From: Vicugna vicugna
Taxonomy: Eukaryota
Assembly: GCA_013265495.1 (NCBI GenBank)
Contig: MU058844.1
Span: 6,819,260-6,883,259 of the forward strand
Direction of reading: 5' to 3'
Length of the DNA stretch: 64,000 nucleotides
The notes under the pieces were generated by a model. The model was not told the origin of the DNA. It searched no databases and saw nothing but the letters and a program-made list of their open reading frames with translations. The position numbers were made by a program, and so were the translations under genes. The first letter of the stretch is position 1; each line of letters opens with the position of its first letter. Below, piece by piece: positions 13,900 through 28,700 of the stretch.

Positions 13900-15030
13900 G
13901 ATTCCATTAGTTATTTTATCAGTTTATTCATTAGTGATTTGAATTATTCATTCAATAAATATTAACCAGAACAGTAGAGTTTCTCAGTCTCAGCACTACT
14001 GACATCTTGGGTTGGGCTGGATGGTTCTGTCTTGTGGGGGCTGCCTGGTGAATTATAGGATGCATAGCAGCATCCTTCTTTATCACTGGGTATTAGGAGC
14101 ATCTAATTCCTCACCCAACCACGTAGGTGTGACAACTATAAATCTCCCCAAACATTTCCAAATGTGTCCTGGGAGGGAAAAAATTCACATCTCTCCCTCA
14201 GCCTCCACCCCTGCCAACTGAAAACCACAATGAAGAGATACCTGTTGCAATCTACATATTTTGCTAGATGCTGAAATTACAAAGTAAATGAACAGCTTTC
14301 TTGTTGCTCTCAAAAAACCAAAATCTAGTAGGAAACAGAGATATTGAACTAGTATTTTACATAAGTGCTATGAAGACATATAGCATAAAATTAAAAGTAT
14401 GCAACAAGGAAATTTAACCTAAACCAAGGGCTGAGAAAAGCTTCCCTTCAAGAAGGGATTGTAAGCAGAAATATTAGTGTTCAGAAGCCTAATTAGAGAT
14501 TGAAAAAGGGGAGTGAGTATAGAAGAAAAGAGCACTCCAGACAGAGCAAGAACCATGTAGAAGAACAAAGTATGGCCCATTGAAGGAAGTGAAAACAAAA
14601 TGACAGTCTACCTAAAATATAGAGGGCAATCCATCACATGAAACCTGAAGAGGCCAGCAGGTGCCACATTATATTTATGCAGGTGCATTCCATCGAGATA
14701 TGTGACTTTATTCTACAAAAGTCATGAAAGGTTAGAAACATGATCAGATACGAATTTCAAAACTTTGCTCTGAATTGTCTGAATAAAACTTCTGAGTAGG
14801 AGAAAGAGGGCCTATAAAGCGAATAGAGAGGGCACAAAGTGGTGTTTCAGATGCCAGGTAATGGTGAAAGGAGTGGAAAGGGAGAGAAGTGGGTGGAAAT
14901 GAGAAAACTGTTGAGTGTGAATTAACAGATGTCAGGGGCCGAGGATTAAAGAACCATGATATAAGCAACTGAGCAGATGGCGGTATTCTGTTATAGTTAA
15001 TGCTAGGTCCGCATACCCAAACTAATATAG
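13900..15030 (-). mobile_element. LINE-2 fragment
   Basis: ttattcattcaataaatatt tail, then antisense L2 body through gagcaactgagcagatggcggtatt. Confidence 0.6.
13976..14229 (-). mobile_element. MER20, near full length, nested in L2
   Basis: gtttctcagtctcagcactactgacat...gtgacaactataaatctccccaaacatttccaaatgtgtcctggg...actgaaaaccac. Confidence 0.85.
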
Positions 15031-15209
15031 AGAGTATCTCAGAAGTCATAAATATACCTTTACAGAAAAATAAACTCTTCATATTGACAATTTATGACAT
15101 TTAAAATTTTTGCTCTTTTGATTTATTGCCATTGTTATATCATTCTATTATTCATTATCTTTACAGATTCAATGATTAAAACTATGGTAAAATATATATA
15201 TATTTATGG

Positions 15210-15686
15210 TATCTATTGGTTAGGAATTTAGGCATGACTTAGTTGAATCCTCTTATTCAGGACCTCTCATAAGGCTGGAAACAAAGTGTTAGCCAGGGCT
15301 CGGGTCTTATCTGAAGGCTTGAGTGAGAAGTATCTGCTTCCAAGCTCGCTAGGGGGTTGCTAACAGAATTCAGATCCTTGTGGGCTGTTGAACTGAGAAC
15401 CTTAGTTTCTAACTGGGTGTTGACTGAAATTTTTCCTTAGTTCCTTGTCACATGGGCCTTCCCACATGGCATCATAAGACTTCATCAAAGCCAACAAGAC
15501 AGAGAATCTGCTAGCAAGACCAAAGTCATAAGCTTTTATAGCCCAAACATGAAAGTAACTCCCTCTCCTCTCAGTGTTTCCACATTCTCTTGTTTAGCAT
15601 GGATTACTTAGGGGAAGATTACATAAGGCCGTGAACACCAGAAGATTGGACATTTTTGGTGCCATCTTGGAAGTCTGTCTACCACA
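15210..15686 (-). mobile_element. MaLR LTR (MLT1F-like)
   Basis: ctctcataaggctg...ttagccagggct...atctgaaggcttga...tctgcttccaagctc...gccatcttggaagtctgtctaccaca. Confidence 0.8.
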
Positions 15687-18284
15687 ACTTATATATTATT
15701 TTAAGCATTCAGATTAAAATTAACACCATGAGAACAAGCTGGCATTTAAATGCATTAAGAGTCTAAAATAAATGTTTTGCTTAAAATTACTTCTTCCTAG
15801 AAATAACTTCCTAAGTTTTGGAAGCTAATACATAGCATGGACAAGGGGATATATGTTCTATATAGAACACACTAGTTGAATGGAAATGGTAAATTAAGAA
15901 AATATTTTCTTTAATTATAAAGCTATTTATAGCATTGGACTAGGGACTAGGCAGGATCTATGGAGAGGAGACAATGTTATGTCCCAGGGCTATAAACTTG
16001 AAAAGATAAATTGTTTTAATTTTCTTTAAAAATGCCACATTATTTCTTTTGAGAAACATTTCATTTTTGACTAGTCCTAAGGTCTTTGTAAAAGTCGGGA
16101 CACTCACCATAACATCTTTTTGCTGTTTCTTATTTTATATAACTTCCTGCACATTGTTTGGAATTGATCTTAACAGACTTTAATCAGGTTCATGAAACTC
16201 TGTAAATTGTCAAGCATAAAATGTAATGTTTGACCCAACAATCTTAGAGCACTCAAAATGAACATAACTCATCTGGGGCAATAGCAACAAATGTTTAAGA
16301 ATGTCTTTCTTTTTTCTATACTATCCTCAGTAGTTAGAGGGTTTTCAGAGGATGAAAACTTCCAGATCTTTTGCTTACCTTAACATGACATCTTATAATG
16401 GTGATATTTTCAGGTTATTGATGTTCAGCATATATAATTTGAAATTTTTCATTAATATTTTCCCATTTATTTCAAACTGATGTGTGAGCACTTAAACACT
16501 GTTTTGTCACTCCCAAAACACATTTTTAAGCTTTAAAAAAACTCAGTTCTACTTCATAGTTCATTTCAGTAAGAAGTTTTCCATGTAAGTAACTCAGAAA
16601 AGGGCTATTAGTTTTAAATATCAGTTTCTACATTCTGTATTATTCCTGAATGTCAGGTCAGCATTGCCAATTTTGTGATTTAATTATTTGATCCATGATG
16701 TCAGACACTTATTATAAATAATGAACTGTACTTCCTTTCATCTAAAGCAAATGTTATTCATATGGAAATTGTCCAATTTGGAATTTTACAAGGAGGGAAG
16801 TATGATAATTTATTAGATTTCTTCTAACTTCACTCATGTCCAGCAATGTACAATGCATACTGTTAAATATTGTCATTATAAGTCAGTAAGATAGTAGTCT
16901 CAGGTTAACAGACTTGGCAAAATTTCTAAGTTCTAAGACTCTCTCCATTTACATTTCCACAAACTAAAAATATTAACAAGTCAAACCATCTATTTAAAAA
17001 AATGTTTGCTAGTGTTGAACTGCGAATGTTATGTTAACAAGGGGATCTAGTGAAAAAAAAATCTTGAATTTCAGTAATTTTACTTGCTGTCAAACAATAG
17101 GTAAAAGAGACCAACACTGAATTTCTAAAAGTTCTTTAAAAGGAAACTACAATAGATCCAGACCTTCATCATCAAAGAGAGAGGGTATGGAGGAAAGTTT
17201 GTAGGGGAGAAATGAGAGCTATCAATCATGGTGGGGCAAAATGGAAACATGCCCAATGCTGAGAAGGGGATAATGGTTTATTCCTTACAGCAGGAGCTGA
17301 GCCCAGTAGAAGAGTGCCACTGTGGGGTGGGGGGGTAGTGGGACTTCAGAAGGGAGTGGACCATGGACTTTGGTGTGTCTAGGAAGTGGGGCTGTATAAC
17401 ATGGGGCTTCCTGTCATAACAAAGATTCCCAATGGACACTAAAGCAATGAAGACTTCTACCACCTGAGAACCATATGAACTTTCATAATTAATTAATCAA
17501 ACTAGGGGACCTAGCTTCACTTGTATTAACATGGGGAAGAGCTTCAATACCTGAGGAAATGTAAAGAGAAGGAAAGTCAATCACAGAGGTTGTTTTCATT
17601 TTTGTTTGTTTGTTTGTTTTTTAATTATCTGGTAAGAGGGACCTAGGATCTGGGTTGAAGAGTAGGCAAAGGCAGATTTGATTAGGTTTAGAAAAACAGT
17701 CACCGAGGGATTTCCTTTTCAGCTGTTTAAAATCTATAATATTACTTTGAATGAATTTTGTTTGTATGTAATGGAGAAGTATAAAAAAGTATAATATAAT
17801 CCTTGCCAACATGGAATATGTATGCTTGTAGAGAACAGAATAGTAACACATAAAAGATACAGCTCCCTGTAAAAGGTCTTGAATTATATAAGACAACTGA
17901 ATAATACTGAAAATTATTGTCGCAGTAGTTGAAAGGAAAAGAAGGTACTTCAAACTGGTGAACCAAGAGAGCCTCCTACAGGCTAGAGGAGATGCTGTTT
18001 GAAATGGGATTTAAAAGGTGGGTCTTGTATCCTCCAAAAGAGAGAAGCAGAAAGACATAACTGAGTGATCGCTTGTAAGCAATAAAGGGCAATAAGAATC
18101 ATTTTGATAAACTGTCTTCTCAGTTAACTTGCAATTCCAGGAGTATATGATTGATACTTTGTTTTAAGATTGTTTTCATTTCTGTTTGTATTTTAGAGTT
18201 GAAAACTGAATCCAAAACAGGTAGTCTATTAGATCATTTTATTAATTGCTGTCAATCAATTCAAGCCATTAATTTAAATTAATT

Positions 18285-19336
18285 AGTTCAATTAGAGGGA
18301 GATACAGAGATTTCCTACATTCTCCCTGCCTCCACACATGCATAGCCTCCTCTATTATTAATATCCCCCGTAAGAGTGATACATTTAGTAAAACTGATGA
18401 ACCTACACTGACGCATCATAATCACCCAAAATCTATAGTTTACATTAGGGTTCACTCTTGGTGCTATACATTCTGTGAGTTTGGACAAATGTATAATGGC
18501 ATGTATCCATCATTAAGACTATCATACAGAGGAGTTTCACTGCCCTAAAAATTCTCTGTGCTCTGCCTATTCACCTTCCCTCTACAGCAAATCCCTGGCC
18601 ACTGCTGATCTTTTTACTGTTTCCATAGTTTTGCCTTTTCCAGAATGTCACTTAATTAGAATCATACAGTATGTAGCTTTTCAGAATGATGTATTTCACT
18701 TAGTAACATGTATTTAAGTTTCCTCCCTGTCTTTTCACGGCTTGATATGTCATTTATGTTTAGCATTGAATAATATTCTATTGTCTGGATGAACCACAGT
18801 TTCTTTATCCATTCATTGAAGAACATCTTCATTGCTTCCAAGTTTTGGTAATTATGAATAAAGCTGCTATGAACATCCTTGTGCAGGTTTTCATACAGAC
18901 AAGAGTTCTCAACTCCTTTGGGTAAACATCAAGGAAGGAACACAACTGCTGGATTGCATGAAAAGAGTGTGTTTACTTTTATAGGAAAATGCCAAACTGT
19001 CTTCCAAAGTAGTTGTGTCATTTTGCATTCCCACCAGCAATGAATGAGAGTTCCTTTGCTCCACATTCTCACAGTAGTTGATGTTGTCAGTATTTTGGAT
19101 TTTGGCCATTCTAATAGGAGTGTAGTAGTATCTCACTGTTGTCTTAACTTGCATTTCCCTGATGACGTAGTATGTAGAGACTATTTTCATATGCATATCT
19201 GCTATCTGTTTATCTTCTTTGGTGAGGTGACTCTTAAGGTCTTTAGACCATCTTTTAATTGGGTTGTTTGGTTTCTTATTGTTGAGTTTTAAGAGTTCTT
19301 TATATATTTTGGATAACAATCTTTTATCAGATGTGT
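18285..19336 (-). mobile_element. L1MC1-like LINE-1 3' end (ORF2 C-terminus plus 3'UTR)
   Basis: ttggacaaatgtataatggcatgtatcc...tttcactgccctaaaaattctctgtgctctgcctattc; ORF 18909..19319 translates to a decayed ORF2p C-terminus (KIYKELLKLNNKKPNNPIKRW). Confidence 0.9.
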
Positions 19337-21294
19337 CAGGGACATTCTTTTTTAATTCTATGACCTGCTAGCAATAATTGTTTGAATCAACCAGGTCCAA
19401 TCAGCGGCCTAGCAACTAAACAGATTCTCTTCTCCTCTCTTAATTTCTAAAAGACACCAAAATCAATCAGTTAATTCACAGTGGGAGGCTAAGATGGATC
19501 AGAGTTAGCACAGTGGTCTGCTCAGGACACATTCAAGCCCAAGTTATATTGTGTTCAGCAATCTTGATTAAGCAGGGAATGACAGTTTTCAAAGAAAGAA
19601 ATTTAGTAAATTTGCACAGAGAAGTGACCACAGGAACCTCAGAAGTGAAGAAATACAAAGAGAGTAACTTCTTCAGCAACAGGCTACCTCCTGGTTCCTT
19701 ATTCCAGATCCTGAGGACATAGCTGTGTATTATTTTCTCTCATGATCCCTGCCTGTTTTATATAAGCTAGCCTGAGTGAGTTATGTTTCTTATGGCCCAC
19801 AGAACTTTGACTAGAACATGTAAGAGATGAATTCAAATTACAAATGCATGGTTCACATTCTTATGTAGCGGGGGAAAACAAAGCACTAGACTTTGAAGCA
19901 GAGGCTTACAAAAGAAAATAGATCCAGGCAAAAAGTTGACCTATGCCTACAATTTTGGTTCAGGCTTCTGGTCCAACATGGATGCCACTTTAACCAATCA
20001 ACCTTAGGCTGGCTAAGGACTTGCCATTTTCTTCCAGAAGTTGGGTTTTTTCATCGTTTGGTTAGAACTTAAAAAAATAAAAATAGAAAAGAATATTCAT
20101 TGAAAAGTTGCTATGGTATCTCTGGGAACTCAGGGTCTAAGATATATGTCAGAAATAGAAACAAGCAGAGTACTGGGGAAACCAAGGAAGTTTCTCCTCT
20201 CTCAATCCTGCTTCCCTCCCGCCATTTTGCAATTTTCCCTCCTCCACTTCCCACCACTTGAATTCAAATTTCCTTTCACTTCTCTCTATATATTTGCTTT
20301 ACTCATCTCTCTGGTTGTCAATCACTTTTTCCTGCTTGTTGCTCTGCACGACAAAATATGGCCAAGAACAGTTTTTGGATTTATCTATGTTCTGATTCAG
20401 CTACCTCAAGAGAGGAGATCTTTTTATTAGTTCCTGAGGAAACCAACCCCCCAAAATGAACACTTGTCATTGCACTCACTTTCTGAGTCCCTTTATAACA
20501 AGGGGCTGTCATTGAAAATATGTCTTATTTTGTGGTTTGTTCGTGAAATATCTTATATGGTACTTGCTATATACTGAACACATTATAAATGCAACCTCAT
20601 CAAATAAGTTTTTACCTATTGCAGAGTTAAGTTTTTGAAGATAGATACTCTGTTTTATTAATCTTGTTATCTGTTCAACCTAAAGTAATAACTGCAAAAG
20701 CATGGAAACCACCCAATACATTTTTAAAAGTAAATGAATAATATAATGGGAAAAAATAGTAGTTCATATCTGGTTTAAAGGGGCTAATCTTGTTTCCTAT
20801 CTTACTTTTGCAAATGATTCCCTTCTCTTCAAGACTGGGGGCCACTCTGGAAAACCAATTTCATGCCTGGGGTCATGTTAGCTATGGAGAGATTTCTTTG
20901 CTTACCTAGATTTCATATATTGCTGCCTATATCTGCCTGCCTTTTTTGTGCTCTTCTGTTAAGGCACTATACTTAAACTTCCCCATTTTCTTCCTTACCT
21001 GTGTCCTAATTTTATCCTCAGGGTACTATCAGTTATCCTTTCCAATTCTATGTATATAGTCAAGATAACTAACTTGTATTGAATAAAAGAATGAATCAAT
21101 AAAAATGGAAGAGTGAAGATGAGTTATATTTGTGGAAACAAACTACAATATTCCTAAATATGATTTTTTTGTAGGTACATTGAATTTTTTTTGACTTGAA
21201 TATTTCAGGATACAGAAGTGTTAGTTCGGTGTTCTTCTTTATACCTTTCATCCCATGATACTTTTAATTATTTTAAAGGAAATGAGAGTACCAT

Positions 21295-21396
21295 CAAATA
21301 TATATATCCATATATAGTATAAATGTATTATATATTACATGCAAACATATATGTATATATTTGTGTGTGTGTGTGTATATGTATATAAATATATAA
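21295..21396. repeat. Compound (TA)/(TG) simple repeat
   Basis: Seen directly. Confidence 0.75.
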
Positions 21397-22627
21397 TTTT
21401 TTTCAACAGGACTTGATACTATGTTTGTGGTTTAACAGAATATAAAATTTTCTTCTGGAAAAAATGTGGTGGACATTTGCTTTTTTTGCCAACAGATCTC
21501 TACTTTTCCTTTAGGTGATAACTCCTCTCCACTTGCAGCCATATGTTTACATGAAGCTGTCTGCCAAATGTGTCTACATGACACATTTGTTTTAATCCAT
21601 ATGTGCCATAAGTGTTATTATCATGTGTTATCAAAAGACTGAGCTTATTAAGAAGTATAAAAATTTGATAAATTGGAAATACAGATGGCTTCTATTTATT
21701 GCTTCTGTACAGTGTTTATGAAATATGACTGGCATAAGCTTTCTAGTTTAAACCCAGTTTATTAACTAGAACAAATACAGCTGCATCAAAGATCCTTACA
21801 GTTAGTGTTTCAAAGCTTCTTCTATAGTTTTTAATTCTAAATACCCACAAAAGCCCCCAAAGGAAGGTTAAAGGGAAAAAGACAAAAGTATAGGATCAAC
21901 AATGATGCTAGGTCTTGTGCTCCAACAACACCTGGGGGCAACTTGTTGTCAAATTTGGACTGTTTGTTCTGGCAGAGAAAGAGTAACAAAAACCAAAGGT
22001 TTCTGAGTATGCTTGCAGCTTGCTGAGCTTAGCCAAGCCCTGTCTGCTATCTTTTGGGTTGAGATCCTTGTAAATCTTACAACTGTTTTACTATGTAGCC
22101 ATGTCAGAAGTGTGCATGGACTCTTATTTCAAATCCCTCTGAATTCCTGGCTACCTATCACCAGTCAGGCCTTTCTAACCTTCCTTTGAAATGAAAAATA
22201 GTTTGAGATGTTCTTCTAGACATAACGATAGTGAAAAAGAAAAAGGTTGCAATAACAAAATTGTTTTAACAAAGGGAAAGGGCACAAGGTTGTCTCAGCC
22301 ATTTGTGAACTACAGCTACAGAAGTTCGATGTTATTACTTATAGGTTATAGGAACCAGTGAGGAGCATTACATGATGCTTAAAACCAGATTTGCAAACTT
22401 GGAACCAGTCCAATGTTTCTCCAATTCACTTGTGACACAAAGAGCGGAAAAATGTTTTGCTGATTTTTTTCCTCCCACAATGGCCGTCTATAGTGCTGGA
22501 AGTTCCATCTCCATGGAGCTTAAGATAATTATTAATATTGTGTTAACTTACTATTGTTTCAGATCACTTGTAGTTCCAGTTAGTCATAAATGCTTAATAT
22601 TTTATCATAAATGTGTTGTTTAATTAT

Positions 22628-23163
22628 CGGGAAGGAAAAAGAGTTTTCCCTCTACACTTCAAGGTTCTCGGCTGAGACTCCCCCATAATAAAAAACAGAC
22701 TAACAGGACAAAAACAAACAAAAGTTTAATAACAGGTATATGTCCTGTAACTATGGGAGGTAGCCAGGAAAACTAAGTAACTCTCCAAAATGGCCCAAGC
22801 CACCATCTCAAATACAACTTCCAGTTAAAGACATAAGAAGATGTTGGGGGTGGGGGTGGGGCAGTTATGGGAGGTCATCAAAGTATAGTAAACAAAGGTA
22901 TGGCTATTATGCATATTTAAGTCCAAGCCTTCACCACTGACATGTTTCTAGAGATTCAGTCATCTCCCTTTTCCTGGTACAGAGAAGGTGACATCCTAAC
23001 CAGTGGAGAATTTCCTTATAAATATAAATGTCTCCTACAAAAGCATAACTTCTACTCGTTTTTCAGAGCTTTCCCTGTGTCTGCTGTTTCTTAAAACTAA
23101 TCAGCTCAAGGTAATCCTTATGCCAAAGAGGCTATTTCAGGGTGTCATATTCTGTTCTTATTC
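22628..23163 (-). mobile_element. ERV1 solo LTR, MER34A-like
   Basis: Reverse complement reads cagaatatgacaccctgaaatagcctctttggcataaggattaccttgagctgattag...aaacagcagacacagggaaagctctgaaaa, like the MER34-family 5' end. Confidence 0.75.
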
Positions 23164-24564
23164 GCTTACCAAAAAAACAATTAAAAAAATTAACAGTCAA
23201 ATGGTTTTCAGATGGTGTTTTAGTAACTGACCAAATATTAATTTGAATTGATTGTCTAAAAGATGTAGGGGCAATCTTAGTTAACCCTTACTCTCAGTCC
23301 ATGGGCAGAAATACTTAGAAGTAAGCAAATAAAAGCATAAAGATATGAAATCAATACATGAAAGATACAGAAGGCTATTCAAAATAAATTCACTCATTCT
23401 CATGAGTGACTCATACCATTTTTCTATAGAGAAATTGTAGAAGATAGTTTCACCTGTAAAAGGAATAATTCAGAATATGTAGCCTGAAGTAAGGAAAGTT
23501 AATGTGATTGGGGTAAATATATTTGTGCCCAAGCACAATTCAGAGAAAGGCCCATTACAAAATTATATGGGATAAAAAAGAATCCCAATACAACAGAATG
23601 AAAGAAAATACGGTAATTTTGTTTTTTTCTATAAAAAGCCATCCTACTGAGTTAAAATGTTAGCTACCATTAATTGCGAGCTCACTATATGCTGAGCATT
23701 GTTATAGATATTAAAGGTTTAATGTGCATTTTGTGGTTAGTTGTAAACTATGCTGTGAGTCAAGGGGAAATCCAGGAATTTGAGAAGATGATGGACTATG
23801 GCACTATCTGCGGTGAAATTCAATAGAAAGGGGCTTTTAAAATGTAACCCTTGTTTGGAATTTTGTATACATTTTTGTGGCAAATAATGTTTTTAGATTC
23901 TTTTTAAGGATTCAACTTCTAGGGATTCCTGGTAACCTCCAACTTTTTGGCAACAATTAGGTAGCTGTGAGAGCTTTCCATTTGCCTGGAGATAGAGAAA
24001 TATATTCAAGAACAAAGTCCTTGCTCAGCTTTGTATTTCAAATTAAACTTCTCCTAAAACCCAGAGAATAAGCAATAATCCTGAAAGTTGAGATTGTAAT
24101 TGTAGAATTGGGACTCTTTGAAAAAGAAATGTGTGTTGAACTCCAAGGGACTAAGTACCTTAGAGAACCCAGAGTACAGAATTTAATTAATATCACAAAT
24201 CAGATCAGGAAAAATCATAAGGTGCTTTAACTAGAGAAAAATGTGATAATTTTTCTACCCCCTCACTCTATGGTTTGAATTTTGAACCAGAGCCTTACGA
24301 CTCCAAAACACTCCAGAGGATATGAATGTAAAGCCTCTTTTGGTAATGTTACCCATGGGAGGTACATGGATAAGGGAAGAAATGATCCAAATATCTGTTG
24401 TCACTGCCAAGCATCATGGACACCATTACTGGGGACTATGAAATAGTCAGGATATCAGAGTATCTGGGAAAATGCTAGTTTTGATACTGTAAATCTTTAG
24501 CTCCTTCAGAGAAAAGCCACACAGCTGGTATCTAAGGAACTAAAGAAGAGGTTTTCACAGAGTT

Positions 24565-24745
24565 GCACACTTAATCCTTACAAGTCCTGTGAATTAGGTA
24601 TACTATTGTTTTTTAATCTACAATTGAAGAGGTTGATATTTAAAGTGCTGAAGCAATTTTCCCAAGGCTCCAGTCTGTGGCAGGACTGGGATTCAGACAA
24701 ACCTAGATTTTCTGATTCTTCAGCCCCAATTTTGTCACCATGGAA
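24565..24745 (-). mobile_element. MIR SINE
   Basis: ttaatccttacaagtcctgtgaattaggta...ttcccaaggctccag...gtggcaggactgggattc. Confidence 0.8.
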
Positions 24746-25204
24746 TATTAACTTTGCCACAACCTAATAAATGAAACTCAGTTCCACACATGGGTAGACA
24801 GTGCTTGTGTCCACTGTGAAAGTTGTTGACACATATTCTTATTTTCAGATGTTGTACTCTGAGCAAATACCTCTTTTCATCTTCAAAATACAAAGTACCT
24901 TGAATTTTTTAAAAGCAAAAACTTTATCTATTTAAAGAGAAAAGAAAAAATGTACTTGAGGTCATATCTGAAGCGAGAAGCAGAAAGGAGGTTTCACATT
25001 ATCCTGTATACTAGGGCATAATGTTAAGTAAAAAGACTCCGCTAAGTAAGAGACAGCTCTTCTTGATAAACAAACAAACAAAACAAAAAACAATGCCTTC
25101 TCCTGACATCGGGAAGGATTCCTGTTTAGTTAAAACAAGTTTTGGGGATTGTAAATGTGAGGGCTACCTCTTCATCCAATTGTGTTTCTCCAAAATTGAT
25201 TTGA

Positions 25205-25730
25205 ACATGCATTTATTTAATAAAATACTTATTGAATATATATTATATTCTTCATTTTGTAATAGGTATCAGAAATAAAAAGTTTAATAAGCACTATTCT
25301 AGTCCATAAAAAGATAATTGCTTGTGGAAAAGACAAGCTTATAGTCCATGTCTAAGGATATGCTATTTAACTCATTTGTTTCCAACAAAAACTGCTTATT
25401 GATGACATACTTGATATTAGACAATGTGCTAGTAGATGTGGTTCCTGTCCTTATGGGCATTTTATGAAGAATAAAGGCACATAAACAGACAAATACAATG
25501 TGTGTGAAGATCTCAGAGAAAGAAAATGAGGGGTCTATGGAATGTTTGAAGGATATGTCTAACCTGTATCTGAGAATCTCTTCCTAGAAGGAGTTTATCT
25601 AAGCTAGAACCAAAGTGTAGGTAGAAATTCTGGTGGAAGTACTTGCAGAGTCCCAGGTATCAGGAAGATTAAGGACACCTGGGAGAGTATGGCCTGAGGA
25701 CTACAAAAGAGTTCAGCTAGACTGAAAAAT
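25205..25730 (-). mobile_element. LINE-2 3' fragments
   Basis: atttatttaataaaatacttattgaat; tcatttgtttccaacaaaa...cttattga...gttcctgtccttatgg. Confidence 0.5.
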
Positions 25731-28700
25731 TAGAAACTTCATCTTCCAATTTTGAAATCTCGACTAACAAAAATTCTAGAAAAAACCTATTGTTCTTAAT
25801 TTACCTTGATCATTTTGTACGACGTAACTCAAAGTCATATTAATTGCATTTAAATATAAATAAAAATTCCTCTCTCCTCTTGATCTTCTATGACAATATC
25901 AGCTTCAGCAGTGATGACTATGTTCTTGGTAGTTTTCATTGTTTTGTATCAACAATTTATGTCCTAATTTGTCACTATAGAACTCAAGTTGTAATACATT
26001 TCTTTCAAAAAGTTCCAATAGAATTTTATTTATTTTTGTTCCATATAATTGATTTCTTTTTTTTCAACTGCAAATAGATAAAACTTTTAGGATTTACCTT
26101 ATAAAAAATAATAAGGTTCATATTTACAATTCAGAAAATGAAAAGTGGTTGAAAATATTCTATAATTTCCTGACATTACGACTGGCTCACTTTCAAATTT
26201 CTTTCTTCCTGTTATAATCTCAACATTTTCAAAGTTAATTTGTATCACTATTTGCATAAGCCCACAGTCTGCTAAAGTTTTTCTCTTTCTGAAGTTCAAA
26301 GAGTTCGTTCATCAATTTCATTCCCACTGCCATCCGGGAAGCAATATTATGTATCAGTGAATATGCTTTGCTAAACTTCTATCAATCTTAAACTGCAGAA
26401 AATAAGCCTAGTCACCCTTAAACTCATGCTGTCAGTCAGAAAATCAGAAAGCAGGATACAAGTAACATATGCTCGTAGCACTGTAGAATCCACATTTGGT
26501 AGACATGTTGAATGATTCATAAATGTTTATCTTTTACCCCCAGAAAAGAAGCAGAATTTGAATGAATTATAAGAGGCCAAAGTGAATCCTAAACGTTCAA
26601 GTGATTTCCAGAAATCAGAAAAGAGAAAATGAATTTTTCATTAAGGGAGATAGTGAATAAAAGTATAGGCAATTTGTTATAAATGGCTTTAGGATAAGCT
26701 AGGTAAATTTTACATTAGACACGAAATATAAATGCTGATTTCTCATGTATGTATATATATTTTTCATTTTTAAAGGGAAAAAGGATATAATCTATGACTC
26801 AAGACTGTCTTTACAAAAGCCTTTTAAAAAAACTGGTTATCAGTTTTAGCCTATTTACAGCTAGAAGGAAACCTTCTGTTTTAATATTGTCAGTATGCTG
26901 TATCTGTCTTGTTTTCAAATGAATAGTATGTGTTTTAATTATTTATTTTGATTGGCTTTGATTCGGGCATTAACTTGTTTATTGGCCATAGAGAGATTTA
27001 TGACAAATTCTCACAGCAACATTTAAACATGATCATTAGAAAGTCAGAGTTTAAAAACAATTTCAGATATTGTCAATATTGTTCTGATTCATGAGGGTTG
27101 AATAATTCCTATAGCTATCTGGCATTAAATTTAGGAACTTAGGTTAAAAGTTAGAGTTTTCTTTGTTTTTTGAACTTTTTTTTTTAAAATGATTTGATGT
27201 GTACACTTTGGGTGTTTGTTATATTAAATCTCCGGCAATTTATGATTTTTGAAGCTATAGAGATTGTTTTTGCAATAATGTGGCATGGAGACTAACACTG
27301 ACTTTTTCCTCTGGGAACATATGGAATATATCAATCAGTTTCATTAAGCTCTTTCTAAAAAAAAAAAATCTGCTTAGTTTCTTTCCTTAACAATTAGTGG
27401 TTATCTAATATAATTTATATCAATCTGTTCATATGACAAAGCACAATATCCTTAAGGGAAGAGTTTTTGTTTTTGATTTTTTGGTATGGCCAGGTAATAT
27501 GTTATCTGTGGATTCTGAAAGGATGCCTTGTTAATGAGATCAACATCCTATATGACAACTTACGGATTTTGGGAAGACAAACTAACGGTGTTGGTGGGTA
27601 CATGTTAGAAATGGATATCAAAGTGGCTAGGAGGACTGGTTTGAAGTCACCTTCTTTCATTCAAAGCTTGATCCTACCTGGCTCAAAATATATTCTTAAT
27701 AAATATTATTTATTTATTTTATTAAATATTATAATAAATTCAGCTCATGGGAAGCTAATGCATAATTACAAACTACTGTCACATGGACAAGAAATACCAG
27801 ATGTCTATAAACATAAAGAATTTTTCCACATGGGTAGACTTATAGAGAAACTAGAAGCTTATTTATTTAATTTTTTCTTAGCATGGACTCAGAATAAGGA
27901 ATGTTATATGATTCAAAGATTCTGAAAATTTTAGTACAGATTAAAGAAGATTAATTATTTGAAATGCTAATTACATCTGCATTTTAAAAGGTATGGTCTG
28001 TCTTTGGGAGACAAAATATCTGAAATAATTTACTACACTCCCTGAACCAAATTAGTATGTCTCAAATAAATTACCATGCAGGTCAGAAATATTCAAAGTC
28101 CAATGGTTAATACTCTCTCCAAAACAATGCTAATGATCAATATTCAATCTTTCAACATATATTTGCTGAGCACCCTGTGTGACTATATGTAATGCTCAAT
28201 GATCAGCATATGGCTTTCAAAACTTTACTGAGTGAAGAAATAAAGAACTGAAGAAACTGGTCATATGTATGGCCTTTTGAGCTATTAAATAAAAATATCT
28301 GTCAAAACAAAGGATACTTGGAAAAGATAGGTAAACAGATCTGTAAGTTTGAAGAATGTTTAGCTTTTATTCTTAGGTGTCTAGAATAAAAGATCTGGCT
28401 TTTTATATATATTTTAAAAAATCGTCCATAATGATGACTCTAATTGTATCATGAAATTTATGTAAGAATGCATGCCCTACTATAAAATTTCATAGGCTAC
28501 ATTTCTATTTCTCAAATTAAATAATACCTGAATATTTTCGAAAGTTTAAAATTAAAACTGAATTTTCTTTTTTTTTAATATTAAAGAAACATTCCAGATT
28601 TTCTTAAACACATCACTGTGCATTCTGTTACACATTGAATGATTTCATTAAATAATTCAAAAATATTGATAATATGAGTTCCAACCTTAATAAGGTGACC

